The position numbers and the translations under genes are program-made. Positions 54,720-64,000 of a stretch of DNA of 64,000 nt are shown here, in pieces. Source of the stretch: Akkermansia sp. (GTDB lineage: Bacteria > Verrucomicrobiota > Verrucomicrobiia > Verrucomicrobiales > Akkermansiaceae); contig JAZRRO010000059.1 of assembly GCA_045650805.1 (NCBI GenBank), positions 1,472 to 65,471 of the forward strand, read 5' to 3'. The notes under the pieces are model-generated. The model did no database searches. It saw only the letters and a list, made by a program, of their open reading frames with translations, and was not told the origin of the DNA. Every line of letters begins with the position of its first letter. Within the stretch, counting starts at the first letter, position 1.

Positions 54720-56993
54720 ATGAAAAAACTTACTGTTTTCTCCCTGCTTACAGCCTTGGCAACAGCCCCGCTGATGGCACAAAGCTTGCAGCAGATTGCT
54801 GACCATTTAACGGTATCACCCAGAGTTGAAGGCTCCACCTTGCAGATTCCCAGCGTGCCCGGTGCGGAAGTTCGGCTTCTGGGCGCTGATTATGAACAAA
54901 TTATTTTGCCTGATGGCCACATTTTGAAGCCCCTGACGGACACGCGCGTGAAAGTCAGTTTCGTGGTGAGCAAAGATGGCAAGCAAGCCATTTCCAAGGA
55001 TTACGATGTAGTGGTGCCCGGTATGGTCACACCGGCAGCCGGTGCGAATGCTCGCCCCCTCGTGTTCCCGGAATTGCTCAACTGGGTAGGCGGCGAGGGA
55101 ACATACCAGCTGGGGAAAACTGTTCGCATTGCTTGTGACGTTGCTGAGCTGGCCTCCATTCTGGGTGCTGAACTGACGGAGCTTCTCGGCAGCCGAGTGG
55201 AAGTGGTGCCGTCCGATGCTCCGGCTGATATCCGCCTTGCCATCTGCAACAACGCTCAGTTAGGTGACGAGGGCTATACGCTTGATATTTGTGGCAAAAA
55301 CGGTATCGCCATCGCCGCCACCACGCAGACCGGTTTGTTCTGGGGCACGCGTTCCGTCTTGCAGATGCTCAGTCAGGGCAAGGGGAGCATTCCCTGTGGC
55401 CGCGCGCTTGATATCCCCCGCTACAAGGTGCGCGGGTTTTTGCTGGATGTCGGTCGCTTGCCTATCCCGCTCAGTTACCTGAAAGAGGTGGTGAAGTACA
55501 TGGCTTGGTACAAGATGAATGACTTGCACATTCACCTGAATGACAACTTCATCTTCCTGGAGGATTATGTCAAAGCCAAGAAAGACCCCCTCGCCGAGGC
55601 TTATTCCGCATTCCGTCTGGAATCGGATGTTGTTGGTACCAACGGCCAACCGCTGACGGCGACGGATCTGCACTACACCAAGAAAGAATTCAGCGATTTC
55701 ATTGCTTTTGCTCGCTCCTACGGTATCAATATCATCCCTGAGTTTGACACCCCCGCCCATGCCTTGGCTTTCACCAAGGTGCGTCCCGACCTCATCTACA
55801 AGAGCCACAACCTGCGCGGTGCTGAAATGTTGGATGCCACCAACCCCGAAACGCGTAAGTTTGTTGAATCTGTGTTTGATGAGTACCTGTTGCCCCGCAA
55901 GGGCGAGAAGCCTGTATTCGATGGCTGCTCCGTCATGCATGTCGGCGCCGATGAATTCCATGGAGATGCCGAACATTATCGTTCATACGCAGCCTGGATC
56001 TTGGGTATGGTGCAAAGCAAGGGCTACACACCGCGTATTTGGGGTAGCCTGAATGAGAAAAAGGGCAAGACCCCGGTTCCGGGTAAAGGCGCACAGATGA
56101 ACTTGTGGAATGGCACCTGGGCCAAGGCCTGGGATTCCATCGAGCAAGGCTTCGATGTCATCAACACGACTGACGGTGCTCTCTACATTGTGCCCTTTGC
56201 TCCCTATTATCGCATGGATTTCCGCCAGGGTGGCATCTATGCCCACTGGCGCGTGAATGAAATTGCCGGTACGGTGGTGCCCTCCGGGCATCCTCAGATG
56301 CTGGGTGCTGCCTTTGGTATTTGGAATGATATGATTGACCTGCGCTACGTAGGCTATGGTTCATACGATATCTGGCACATGTTCAGCAGCTCCGTCGATG
56401 TCCTTGCCGGCAAATTGTGGGGCTGCGATGTGCCCGATGTCGGCTACGATGCCCACTTGAAACGCTTGCCGCAGATTGGCGCGGTGCCGGGTATTAACCC
56501 TCAGTTCCGCTGGAAAGATGGCGCTGTATATGTTTGCACGCCGTCGGCCTTGCCTTGCAACATCGCCCAGCCTTCCATGGGACCGGACTACACCCTCACC
56601 ATGGAGCTGATGCTCAAGGAGACTCCCGTTGCCGGGGAAGAGCAAATCCTGCTGAAATCTCCTGAAGGGGTGCTCTGTGCAGCCCTGAAAGACGGTACCA
56701 TCGGGTTCAGACGCAGTGACAGCATGGAGTTTTCCTACAACTGCAAGCTTCCCGTTGGCGAAAAAGTCACCTTGCAGCTGATTGGTAAGCCCGGCAGCAC
56801 GCAGTTGCTCTTGAATGGCAAGCCCGCGGGACAGTGCACACTCACCCGCTTCCATCGCAACCCCGAGGGTATTATCAATACCTTTGTTCTTCCCTTGGAT
56901 GAATTGGGCACCTCCTTCAAAGGAACCATTTACCGCCTTGAAGTGAAGCATACGGCCCCGGCCGGTCCTACACCCGACCCCAACCGCAAGTAA
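54720..56993 (+). CDS. Secreted beta-N-acetylhexosaminidase (GH20)
   Basis: Signal peptide MKKLTVFSLLTALATAPLMA; catalytic-region motifs RGFLLDVGR, HIHLNDN and HVGADEF. Confidence 0.85.
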   Translation: MKKLTVFSLLTALATAPLMAQSLQQIADHLTVSPRVEGSTLQIPSVPGAEVRLLGADYEQIILPDGHILKPLTDTRVKVSFVVSKDGKQAISKDYDVVVPGMVTPAAGANARPLVFPELLNWVGGEGTYQLGKTVRIACDVAELASILGAELTELLGSRVEVVPSDAPADIRLAICNNAQLGDEGYTLDICGKNGIAIAATTQTGLFWGTRSVLQMLSQGKGSIPCGRALDIPRYKVRGFLLDVGRLPIPLSYLKEVVKYMAWYKMNDLHIHLNDNFIFLEDYVKAKKDPLAEAYSAFRLESDVVGTNGQPLTATDLHYTKKEFSDFIAFARSYGINIIPEFDTPAHALAFTKVRPDLIYKSHNLRGAEMLDATNPETRKFVESVFDEYLLPRKGEKPVFDGCSVMHVGADEFHGDAEHYRSYAAWILGMVQSKGYTPRIWGSLNEKKGKTPVPGKGAQMNLWNGTWAKAWDSIEQGFDVINTTDGALYIVPFAPYYRMDFRQGGIYAHWRVNEIAGTVVPSGHPQMLGAAFGIWNDMIDLRYVGYGSYDIWHMFSSSVDVLAGKLWGCDVPDVGYDAHLKRLPQIGAVPGINPQFRWKDGAVYVCTPSALPCNIAQPSMGPDYTLTMELMLKETPVAGEEQILLKSPEGVLCAALKDGTIGFRRSDSMEFSYNCKLPVGEKVTLQLIGKPGSTQLLLNGKPAGQCTLTRFHRNPEGIINTFVLPLDELGTSFKGTIYRLEVKHTAPAGPTPDPNRK

Positions 56994-57022
56994 TCCTCAC
57001 CCGCATTCATCGAATGTGTAAG

Positions 57023-57057
57023 GCTGCACGGTCACGCGACTGTGCAGCTTTATTTTT
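57023..57057 (+). terminator. Rho-independent terminator after the GH20 gene
   Basis: Stem GCTGCACGGTC/GACTGTGCAGC (one G-T pair) with a 4-nt loop, then TTTATTTTTG. Confidence 0.75.
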
Positions 57058-57065
57058 GTATACAT

Positions 57066-57932
57066 TTACGCTTTGCAGGCGAAATCGCGGAGTTTAGCGG
57101 CTGCGTGGGCAGGGGAGATATTGCGAAAATGGAGGTGGAGAGAATCTTGCTGCAACTTGGATGAGACGTTGAAATGGACACGTTTGATAAGGCGAGGTGT
57201 CCAGAAATCGGCGAAGAGAACAAATCGCGAGGGCGCGAGGGTGCAGGCGAGCATGGTGATGAGGCGCGCGAGCATTTCTTCCACGAGTGTGTGGTCGCTG
57301 TAATCCAGCGTGAGCCAGCTGGCGGGCAGGGGGAGGAGCCCCAGGGGGCCGCTGTGGATGTGAGACCCACCACGGCGCAACGTGCAGACCGGGTTCTGCC
57401 CCTGTTGGATGTAGAGCGTCAGCGTGTCTTCCTCATGATCTGCCAGGGCATCCGCCGTGTTGAGAATGCGCGCGGGACAATGATAGCGCGATTCAAGGTG
57501 CGTTTCCACCCCCGCCGGAAGAATATCCGGCGGTATTTCCAGAGAGATGCGGTGCAGCTTGTGGGAAATGCGGCGGGAATCCAGCCATGCGTCCAGACTT
57601 TCTTTGCCCAGATAAGCAAACTCAGCCTGATAGGCGTGCAGACAAGTGCCGTTTAAATCACAAACTTCCAGAGATACGCTGATGAGCGAGCCCTTGCGCT
57701 CTGCTTTGAAATAGGCTGTGTAGGCGTAGCGGGCATTCAGGCGGTATTGCAGCACCGGCCGCCCCCCACCGGAAGGGATGATGCCCATCTCTTGCGCCTC
57801 TCCCAGTCGGCACAGTTCGGCCATGGCCTGATTGCAACTGACCAGACTCAACCCTGTGGCTGCTGCCAGTTGGGGGCGCGTGGCTTCCCCCAATTCCCGC
57901 AGGGCGGCGCGTACTTTGTCGATGGCTTTCAT
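57066..57932 (-). CDS. ROK-repressor-like transcriptional regulator (winged helix N-terminus, short C-terminal domain)
   Basis: N-terminus LRELGEATRPQLAAATGLSLVSCNQAMAELCRLG...GGGRPVLQYRLN resembles the ROK/NagC HTH. Sugar-kinase motifs are not evident. Confidence 0.55.
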   Translation of the reverse strand: MKAIDKVRAALRELGEATRPQLAAATGLSLVSCNQAMAELCRLGEAQEMGIIPSGGGRPVLQYRLNARYAYTAYFKAERKGSLISVSLEVCDLNGTCLHAYQAEFAYLGKESLDAWLDSRRISHKLHRISLEIPPDILPAGVETHLESRYHCPARILNTADALADHEEDTLTLYIQQGQNPVCTLRRGGSHIHSGPLGLLPLPASWLTLDYSDHTLVEEMLARLITMLACTLAPSRFVLFADFWTPRLIKRVHFNVSSKLQQDSLHLHFRNISPAHAAAKLRDFACKA

Positions 57933-57959
57933 GGGTAACTTTATAAATAAGCTTTAGAA

Positions 57960-57988
57960 AGTCTAAAGGATTTTTTAAGAAAAAGCAA
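57960..57988 (-). promoter_or_regulatory. Sigma70-type promoter candidate (TTGCTT-N17-TAGACT) for the ROK-like regulator
   Basis: Minus-strand hexamers at 57988-57983 and 57965-57960. Confidence 0.55.
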
Positions 57989-58080
57989 GCACAATTTTAA
58001 GTTATTGACCTACAGATAGTTAATCTGCGGCTATGTGGTGAATTTACGGGGTGAAGAAAAATCGTTCTGACGCAAAAAAC

Positions 58081-58109
58081 TCGACAACTGGATGGAAAAC
58101 TGCTAGACT
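58081..58109 (+). promoter_or_regulatory. Sigma70-type promoter candidate (TCGACA-N17-TAGACT) for pyrG
   Basis: Lies inside the ORF-track N-terminal extension and supports ATG 58138. Confidence 0.55.
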
Positions 58110-58137
58110 ATCGGCAACAACCAAGGAAAGCACACCT

Positions 58138-59751
58138 ATGAAGTACATTTTTGTGACAGGCGGCGTTGTATCCTCCCTCGGCAAAGGTTTGGCAGCAGCC
58201 TCTATCGGCACCTTGCTGGAGCACTGCGGGTTGGATGTAACCATGCAGAAGTTTGACCCCTATCTGAACATTGACCCCGGCACGATGAGCCCCTACCAGC
58301 ATGGTGAGGTGTATGTGCTGAATGACGGCGCTGAGACCGACTTGGACCTGGGCCACTACGAACGCTTTATTCACTGCGAACTTTCCCGCTTGAACAACCT
58401 GACGAGCGGTAAGGTTTTTGAGCGCGTGCTGGAGAAAGAACGCCGCGGCGATTACCTGGGCAAGACGGTGCAGTACATCCCCCACGTGACGGATGAAATC
58501 AAGCAGCGTCTTTATGACCTGACGGAGAAGAACAAGAACTGCGACGTGATTATCACGGAAATCGGTGGCACGGTAGGTGACATCGAAGGTTACTTGTTCT
58601 TGGAAGCCCTGCGCCAGTTTGCGCTGGAGGTGGGCCGCCAGAATTGCTGCTTCATCCACGTGACGCTGCTGCCGTACATCAAGGCTGCCGGTGAAACCAA
58701 GACCAAGCCCACGCAGCAGAGCGTGGCCAAGCTTCGCGAAATCGGTATCCAGCCCGACATCATCGTGTGCCGTACAGAAATGGACAACCTGACGGATGAA
58801 GAGAAGCGCAAGATTGGTATGTTCTGTAATGTGCCCCCGCGCAACGTGGTAGCCTTCTGCGACGTGAAGCACTCCATCTATGAATGCCCGATTGACCTGG
58901 GTCGCGACCGTGTGGACCGCATTGTGACCGAGGTGCTGGGTATCACCGTGCCCAAGCCCAAGATGGATGATTGGCAGAAGTTTGTGGGTCGCGTGATTCA
59001 CCCCGCACACAGCGTGCGTATTGCTGTGGTGGGTAAGTACATCTCCCTGCAGGACGCATACAAGTCCATCTACGAAAGCTTCACCCACGCCGGTGCTGCC
59101 AATGACTGCCGCGTAGAAATCGTGCGTGTTGATGCAGAGGCGCTGGAAAGCAGCACCTGCGAGGCCATGATTGGCGATGTGGACGGCATTCTTGTTCCCG
59201 GTGGCTTCGGTGAGCGCGGTGTGGAAGGTAAGGTTATGGCTGTGCAGTATGCTCGTGAGAAGGGTATTCCGTTCTTCGGTATCTGCCTCGGCATGCAGGT
59301 GGCTGTCATCGAGTTCGCCCGCAACGTGCTGGGCCTGAAGGATGCCAACTCCACCGAGTTCGACAAGGACACCAAGGCTCCCGTTATCTGCCTGCAGGAG
59401 GAACAGAAGCACATCGAGAACATGGGCGCAACCATGCGCCTGGGTGCTTATCCCGCACACATTTCTGCCGGTACCCTGTGCAGCAAGCTGTACGGCGGAC
59501 AGGAGGTTATTTCCGAGCGTCACCGCCACCGCTATGAGTTCAACGCTGATTTCCGCGAGGCTTGCGAGAAGGCCGGTATGGTCATCTCCGCTGTGAACGA
59601 TGAGCATGGCCTGGTGGAAGTGGTGGAATTGCCCGGCCATCCCTACTTCATCGCTTGCCAGTATCATCCTGAGTTCCAGAGCCGCCCGACAGCACCCCAC
59701 CCGCTGTTCTCCGGCTTGGTGGCTGCCGCGCTGGAATACAAGCAGGCCTGA
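58138..59751 (+). CDS. pyrG: CTP synthase
   Basis: Start at [17 protein letters not shown]; glutamine amidotransferase motif GICLGMQ. Confidence 0.95.
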   Translation: MKYIFVTGGVVSSLGKGLAAASIGTLLEHCGLDVTMQKFDPYLNIDPGTMSPYQHGEVYVLNDGAETDLDLGHYERFIHCELSRLNNLTSGKVFERVLEKERRGDYLGKTVQYIPHVTDEIKQRLYDLTEKNKNCDVIITEIGGTVGDIEGYLFLEALRQFALEVGRQNCCFIHVTLLPYIKAAGETKTKPTQQSVAKLREIGIQPDIIVCRTEMDNLTDEEKRKIGMFCNVPPRNVVAFCDVKHSIYECPIDLGRDRVDRIVTEVLGITVPKPKMDDWQKFVGRVIHPAHSVRIAVVGKYISLQDAYKSIYESFTHAGAANDCRVEIVRVDAEALESSTCEAMIGDVDGILVPGGFGERGVEGKVMAVQYAREKGIPFFGICLGMQVAVIEFARNVLGLKDANSTEFDKDTKAPVICLQEEQKHIENMGATMRLGAYPAHISAGTLCSKLYGGQEVISERHRHRYEFNADFREACEKAGMVISAVNDEHGLVEVVELPGHPYFIACQYHPEFQSRPTAPHPLFSGLVAAALEYKQA

Positions 59752-59769
59752 TTTACATATTATTTAACC

Positions 59770-59815
59770 GCATCGGCGGCAGGACGTTCCGACACCTGCC
59801 GCCGATGCCTTTTAT
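59770..59815 (+). terminator. Rho-independent terminator after pyrG
   Basis: 14-bp stem GCATCGGCGGCAGG/CCTGCCGCCGATGC with an 11-nt loop, then CTTTTAT. Confidence 0.8.
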
Positions 59816-59821
59816 ACTGAT

Positions 59822-61399
59822 ATGATAGATATAATCGTCATTGCCGCGTATTTCTTCGCCATCTTCGGCATCGGTCTCTATGTGGGCCGCAAGCAGGAGA
59901 GCTTGGAAAGCTACGCCCTTGGCAACCGTAATTTGCCCTGGTGGGCCATTCTGGCATCCATTCTGGCGGCAGAAATCAGCGCAGCCACCTTCCTGGGCGC
60001 TCCCGGAGAGGGCTTTGCGCTGCGTAATTTCACCTATGTCCAGCTGGCTATTGGTACGATTCTTGGGCGCATTATTGTGGGTAGACTCTTCCTGCAGCCT
60101 TATTATCAATATAATGTAGTCTCTATTTACGAATATCTGGAGAAGCGTTTCGGGTTGACAACCCGCCGCTGGGCAAGCGCAACCTTCCTCATCAGCCGCG
60201 TGTTGGCAAGCGGTACGCGCCTGTTCTTTGCCGGTATTTTGCTGGTGATAGCCTACATGATGCTCACGGGCCAGGATAGTGCCGGGCAGATGGAAACGGT
60301 GGTGATTTACATTGCTGCACTCACTTTTATCACCATCGCCACAGCCATTTATACCACGTTGGGTGGTCTCAAGGCTGTGGTGTGGACGGATGTGTTGCAG
60401 GCGTCCATTCTGGCCATTTCTCTCATGACAACCATTGGCGTGTTGCTGTTCAGCATCAAAGCCGGTGGCAGTTGGGCAGCTGCGTGGGACAGCATCTGTT
60501 TCCACCTTGGCAACAAAGATTATAATCCTTGTAAGATTGAGAATCTGAAACCCTGGGCTCTGTTTGACAGCGGGCTCACAGGGCAGGGGCTTATTGCCGA
60601 TATCAAGAACATTCTGGGCAGTGAATACACGCTTTGGAGCGCCGTACTGGGTTCTACTTTCATCACCATGGCCACACATGGCACCGACCAGGACATGGTG
60701 CAGCGCATGCTTGCCGCGCCTGACAGTAAGAAGGGTGCCCGCGCCGTGATTCTCTCCGGTCTCATGGATATGCCCATTGTGCTGGTGTTTGTTTCCTGTG
60801 GTATGCTGCTGTTCGTGTACTTTGCACAGCAAGGCATTACTCCTCCTGAAAAGCAGATTGAGATATTCCCCTGGTTTATCATTCATTGCTTGCCGGCAGG
60901 GGTGCGTGGTCTGCTGGTTGCTGCGTTGCTGGCTACGGCCATGGGCTCGCTGTCTACGGCGCTCAACGCGTTGGCCACCACCGCTACCAAGGACTGGTAC
61001 GTGGATGTATTCCGCCCCAAAGCTTCTGCAAATGAACAACTTAGCGCTGTGCGCTGGCTTACGGTATTCTTTGCGGCTCTGTTGATTGTGGTGGGCGCCG
61101 GTACGGCTTGGCTCACGGTGATGGATCCCACCGTGCGTATCTTGCCTATTGCCTTGGGTATTTTTGGCTACACATACGGCTCGCTGCTGGGCGTCTTCTT
61201 GTTGGGGATGCTGACCAAGGGCAGGGGCAATGATATGGGCAATGTCATCGCCATGCTTGCGGGCTTTGCTGTGGTGATTTCGCTGGAATTGGCCGGGCGC
61301 AACGATTTGATTCCTCATATTGCGTTCCCGTGGCGTGTTACTATCGGCACGATTGCTACCTTCCTGGTGGGCGCTTGTTTCTCTACCAAACGCTCCTGA
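59822..61399 (+). CDS. Sodium:solute symporter family transporter
   Basis: 525 aa with about 13 TM segments; the N-terminus YALGNRNLPWWAILASILAAEISAATFLGAPG is typical of the SSF family. Confidence 0.8.
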   Translation: MIDIIVIAAYFFAIFGIGLYVGRKQESLESYALGNRNLPWWAILASILAAEISAATFLGAPGEGFALRNFTYVQLAIGTILGRIIVGRLFLQPYYQYNVVSIYEYLEKRFGLTTRRWASATFLISRVLASGTRLFFAGILLVIAYMMLTGQDSAGQMETVVIYIAALTFITIATAIYTTLGGLKAVVWTDVLQASILAISLMTTIGVLLFSIKAGGSWAAAWDSICFHLGNKDYNPCKIENLKPWALFDSGLTGQGLIADIKNILGSEYTLWSAVLGSTFITMATHGTDQDMVQRMLAAPDSKKGARAVILSGLMDMPIVLVFVSCGMLLFVYFAQQGITPPEKQIEIFPWFIIHCLPAGVRGLLVAALLATAMGSLSTALNALATTATKDWYVDVFRPKASANEQLSAVRWLTVFFAALLIVVGAGTAWLTVMDPTVRILPIALGIFGYTYGSLLGVFLLGMLTKGRGNDMGNVIAMLAGFAVVISLELAGRNDLIPHIAFPWRVTIGTIATFLVGACFSTKRS

Positions 61400-61463
61400 A
61401 GCTCCATTTGAAGCTTTTTATCGGGGTTTTGCGGCATAATTGCTGTAAAATCCCGATTTTTTC

Positions 61464-61492
61464 TTGACTAGAACTGCGTTTTGCTGTTTAAT
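61464..61492 (+). promoter_or_regulatory. Sigma70-type promoter candidate (TTGACT-N17-TTTAAT) for tRNA-Leu
   Basis: The -10 ends 22 nt before the tRNA 5' end. Confidence 0.5.
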
Positions 61493-61514
61493 CCACCCGA
61501 GCACTCGTGTTCAT

Positions 61515-61594
61515 GCCAGCTTGGCGGAATTGGTAGACGCGCTCGACTCAAAATCGAGTTCGAAAGAGTGTGGGTTCGAGTCCCACAGCTGGTA
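61515..61594 (+). tRNA. tRNA-Leu (anticodon CAA)
   Basis: GCCAGCTTGGCGGAATTGGTAGACGCGCTCGACTCAAAATCGAG...GTGGGTTCGAGTCCCACAGCTGGTA. Anticodon loop CTCAAAA, extra arm, G1-U72 wobble; CCA is not encoded. Confidence 0.85.
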
Positions 61595-61600
61595 GCTCAG

Positions 61601-61638
61601 AAGAGCGGTAGTTCCAAAACTACCGCTCTTTCTTTTTT
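61601..61638 (+). terminator. Rho-independent terminator after tRNA-Leu
   Basis: 13-bp stem AAGAGCGGTAGTT/AACTACCGCTCTT with a 4-nt loop, then TCTTTTTT. Confidence 0.85.
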
Positions 61639-61691
61639 ATGCAGCTCAAGCAATAGGTTCAACAACTCATCTGCGCCTGATTAATTTAGCA

Positions 61692-61737
61692 AGAACCCGC
61701 CAGTCAGCTGAGGTCAGCTTGGCGGGTTCTTTTTTTT
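61692..61737 (+). terminator. Second plus-oriented intrinsic terminator
   Basis: 11-bp stem AGAACCCGCCA/TGGCGGGTTCT followed by a T7 run. Confidence 0.7.
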
Positions 61738-61770
61738 GCCTGGTTTGCAGATGAACAGTATAAAGACTTT

Positions 61771-62787
61771 TTATCTGCGGATAGATGGCTTTAAGTTATT
61801 GAAATAGCTATGTATGCGTTTCTTTGCATTCTCGCGGATATTGTAATAATACAGGCGGAAATCACAGCTGTGTAGGGCTTGTTCACCGATTCCTTTGTCA
61901 CATGCCGGCTGTTCTGAAGTGCCGACCACCAGCACTTCGTATTGGCGAGCCGGGTCGTACTTAACCTGTGCAGAGAAGCGTTCACGCGTATCTAAAGCAC
62001 CCAGATTGCGGGGGTCTCCGGCCTCTGTCTTTTCGTTGTTGCGGCTCCATGACACGGGGTTGATGGATAATGCTCCCTTGTGACACACCAGATTGCAGGA
62101 GCCAAACTTGCCGTCCTTCATGAACTCGCAGTTCCATGATATGATGACTCGGGTATCGGTCTCTCCTTCAGCGAATTTCAGATGAGGATTTACCTGGAAG
62201 TATTGATGAGAGTATGAGTAACCCAGTGCGTAGGCTGCCACCATGCGGCTATAAACTTCCGGGTGTTTCGCCATGTACTCTGATAAGAGGAACTTAAGTA
62301 CATTGGAGCCTTGGGAATGGCCGGCCAGAATGAACGGGCGACCGTTGTTGAAATGGATCAGGTAGTATTCAAACGCCGCCAAGGCATCGTGATACGGTAC
62401 ACCGGCCACCAGCTTTTCTTGCTCATCAAGTGAGCAGCTGAGCGATTTCATGGCATTAAGTTGTCGGTAGTAAGGGACATAGATATTCGCCACACCCTCA
62501 AAGCATGATGCCTGCTCGGCATACACTCCGGAGGCTTGCTCTCGCATGGACTTGTTCTTTATCGTGTTCACCATCCCATCCGCTTCTGTCGGTAGCCAGC
62601 AGGTGGGGTAAAGGTAAAACACATCCACTTTCTTGCCAGTATCAGAAACCTTCAGCCAGTTGTCAGCGTCAGCATAGTTGATTGCGTACGAATGAAACGC
62701 CGATGCTTCATTATCTGCAAGTCCCATGCCGCCCATACCCATCACCGCAATGATAAGCAACTTTGCGAATATTTTCATTGTCTTCAT
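61771..62787 (-). CDS. Secreted alpha/beta-hydrolase, DUF3089-like (lipase-type GHSQG nucleophile elbow)
   Basis: Start at MKTMKIFAKLLIIAVMGMGG (signal peptide); FILAGHSQGS motif; GC is visibly lower than in the flanks. Confidence 0.65.
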   Translation of the reverse strand: MKTMKIFAKLLIIAVMGMGGMGLADNEASAFHSYAINYADADNWLKVSDTGKKVDVFYLYPTCWLPTEADGMVNTIKNKSMREQASGVYAEQASCFEGVANIYVPYYRQLNAMKSLSCSLDEQEKLVAGVPYHDALAAFEYYLIHFNNGRPFILAGHSQGSNVLKFLLSEYMAKHPEVYSRMVAAYALGYSYSHQYFQVNPHLKFAEGETDTRVIISWNCEFMKDGKFGSCNLVCHKGALSINPVSWSRNNEKTEAGDPRNLGALDTRERFSAQVKYDPARQYEVLVVGTSEQPACDKGIGEQALHSCDFRLYYYNIRENAKKRIHSYFNNLKPSIRR

Positions 62788-63149
62788 TTTGACGCTTAAC
62801 ATCCTAGTGTATCTCTTTACGCAACTTATCCTATCAACTTTATTCTGCTAATTCAAGTAACAAGACGAATACACGTGATTTTTATTTCATGTGTGACACT
62901 CGCACGCGCGTGTGTGCGCTTATATCGTCTACAATGTGTGCTGCTGGTTGGGGTGCTACATCCTGCAAGAATCTCAAATTTGCGCGCGTGTGTATTTCTG
63001 TATGGCTAGAAAGCATTCTCGGACCCATTTATGCATACTTTTGATTTTGCATTACATGTATTATGCGAAGTCGTAAATTTATCTTTTGTGGAGATGCCTG
63101 CACTTTCTCGCTTGACGGGTGAAGTCTGATAGCGTAATATGCTGCTGAT

Positions 63150-63557
63150 ATGGTGAAATGTACAGTGAAATATCTGGGTGGATTGCATTGTGAATTGGCT
63201 CACGGGCCTTCCGGCGCAATGGTATGTAGTGATGCCCCCGTAGACAATCGCGGCAAAGGCGAATCCTTTTCACCGACAGATTTGATGTGTTCGGCCATGG
63301 CAGCATGTATGGCCACGATTATGGGCATCTACGCCGAAGATAATGGTCTGGATTTGAATGGCGCTGAAATCAGTGTAGAAAAGGAGATGAGTGCCAATCC
63401 GCGCCGTATTGCACGCATCACCACCGTGATTACATTGCCCCTGCCCGCAGACACTCCGCACAAGGCCGCTTTGGAAGACTGCGTGCTGGGTAGCCCCGCC
63501 ATGCGCAGCCTGCATCCCGATATCGAGGTGCCGATTACCTGGAATTGGGTGGGTTAA
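63150..63557 (+). CDS. OsmC/Ohr-family peroxiredoxin-like protein
   Basis: 135 aa with the two conserved Cys contexts (SPTDLMCSAMAACMAT and ALEDCVLGSP). Confidence 0.8.
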   Translation: MVKCTVKYLGGLHCELAHGPSGAMVCSDAPVDNRGKGESFSPTDLMCSAMAACMATIMGIYAEDNGLDLNGAEISVEKEMSANPRRIARITTVITLPLPADTPHKAALEDCVLGSPAMRSLHPDIEVPITWNWVG

Positions 63558-63575
63558 ATTTTGTAAAACACTCAC

Positions 63576-64000
63576 ATGCAACGTGTTGCTTACATATATC
63601 GCATTGTGCCGCTGATGGTGGCATTGAGCTGCGGCAAGCTGTTGGAAGGCTTGCTTGGCGGCACAGGTGCGTTGATTGCCGGAATGGCCATCGTGTTGGC
63701 AGCATGGGGCGTTGTATGGTTCCGCTTGTATGGGATGCGCCGCCTGCGTCCTGAGTTTGCCGTATTGACCATACTGCCTCAGGCTCTGTATTTTATACTG
63801 AAAGCATGCAGTGCGGACGTGCTGGCCGCCTTTTCAACGCCCGCATGGCAAAACATGTACTTTGTGGCCTGGTTGGCTGCCATGGGTACGCTTATTTTCT
63901 CCCTTCGTCCCGGCTATCAGGATGATCGCCGCCGCGTCAAACAAGACCCGATGTTCATTATGATGACCATCCTTACCATTGTGTACGGCGTGACAACCTG
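63576..64000 (+). CDS. Membrane protein, function unknown (5' part, runs off the window edge)
   Basis: Own translation from ATG 63576 (MQRVAYIYRIVPLMVALSCGKLLEG...) has no stop up to position 64000 and shows several hydrophobic segments. It is not in the ORF track because it is open-ended. Confidence 0.5.
   Translation, partial: MQRVAYIYRIVPLMVALSCGKLLEGLLGGTGALIAGMAIVLAAWGVVWFRLYGMRRLRPEFAVLTILPQALYFILKACSADVLAAFSTPAWQNMYFVAWLAAMGTLIFSLRPGYQDDRRRVKQDPMFIMMTILTIVYGVTT

Noticed and set aside
62903-62912. The 10-bp perfect palindrome CACGCGCGTG and the nearby GCGCGCGTGTGT as an operator site.
   Set aside because: It is a single short occurrence in an AT-rich spacer with no second half-site pattern or adjacent regulator gene. 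It is mentioned only inside the islet finding.

Overview
This is a densely coding 64-kb chromosomal segment, roughly mid-50s % GC by eye, with about 50 CDS on both strands and 5 tRNA genes. There are no rRNA genes, CRISPR arrays, integrases or transposases. Most genes are housekeeping: lipA, type III glutamine synthetase, rpoD, efp, gatB, secA, hrpA, rtcB, hemW, coaD, aroK, rho, miaB, fabI, alr and pyrG. Interspersed with them are glycan and mucin-utilisation genes (nagB, a GH20 hexosaminidase, a sialate O-acetylesterase, fucO), a Na+-translocating methylmalonyl-CoA decarboxylase operon (mmdA-D-C-B) and envelope genes (DsbD, a TAT-exported MBL hydrolase, an L,D-transpeptidase, a Sel1 protein). 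This content fits an Akkermansia-like Verrucomicrobiota genome, but that taxonomic call rests on memory and inference, not on a search. Many long ORFs in the track are antisense shadows of real genes and were rejected. The most unusual items are listed here. (1) An imperfect-palindromic repeat element sits upstream of coaE-rho as a tandem empty copy and a loaded copy; the loaded copy carries a low-GC four-helix-bundle (23S-IVS/Avd-like) protein gene. (2) An in-frame dephospho-CoA kinase-Rho fusion ORF. (3) An 11 x 16-aa KA/P-rich tandem repeat at the N-terminus of RpoD. (4) A duplicated and rearranged segment derived from tRNA-Gly sequence next to a 3-copy tRNA-Gly array. (5) An EF-P with an Arg loop tip, in an operon with a GtrA-like protein and an unknown protein. 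(6) Decayed fragments resembling a polyvalent-protein gene next to tRNA-Ser. (7) A very uniform TTGnnn-N16/17-TAGA(A/C)T promoter pattern that often ends 5-10 nt from the start codon, which would give leaderless or near-leaderless mRNAs. All homology statements come from motif recognition by eye; no database search was run.
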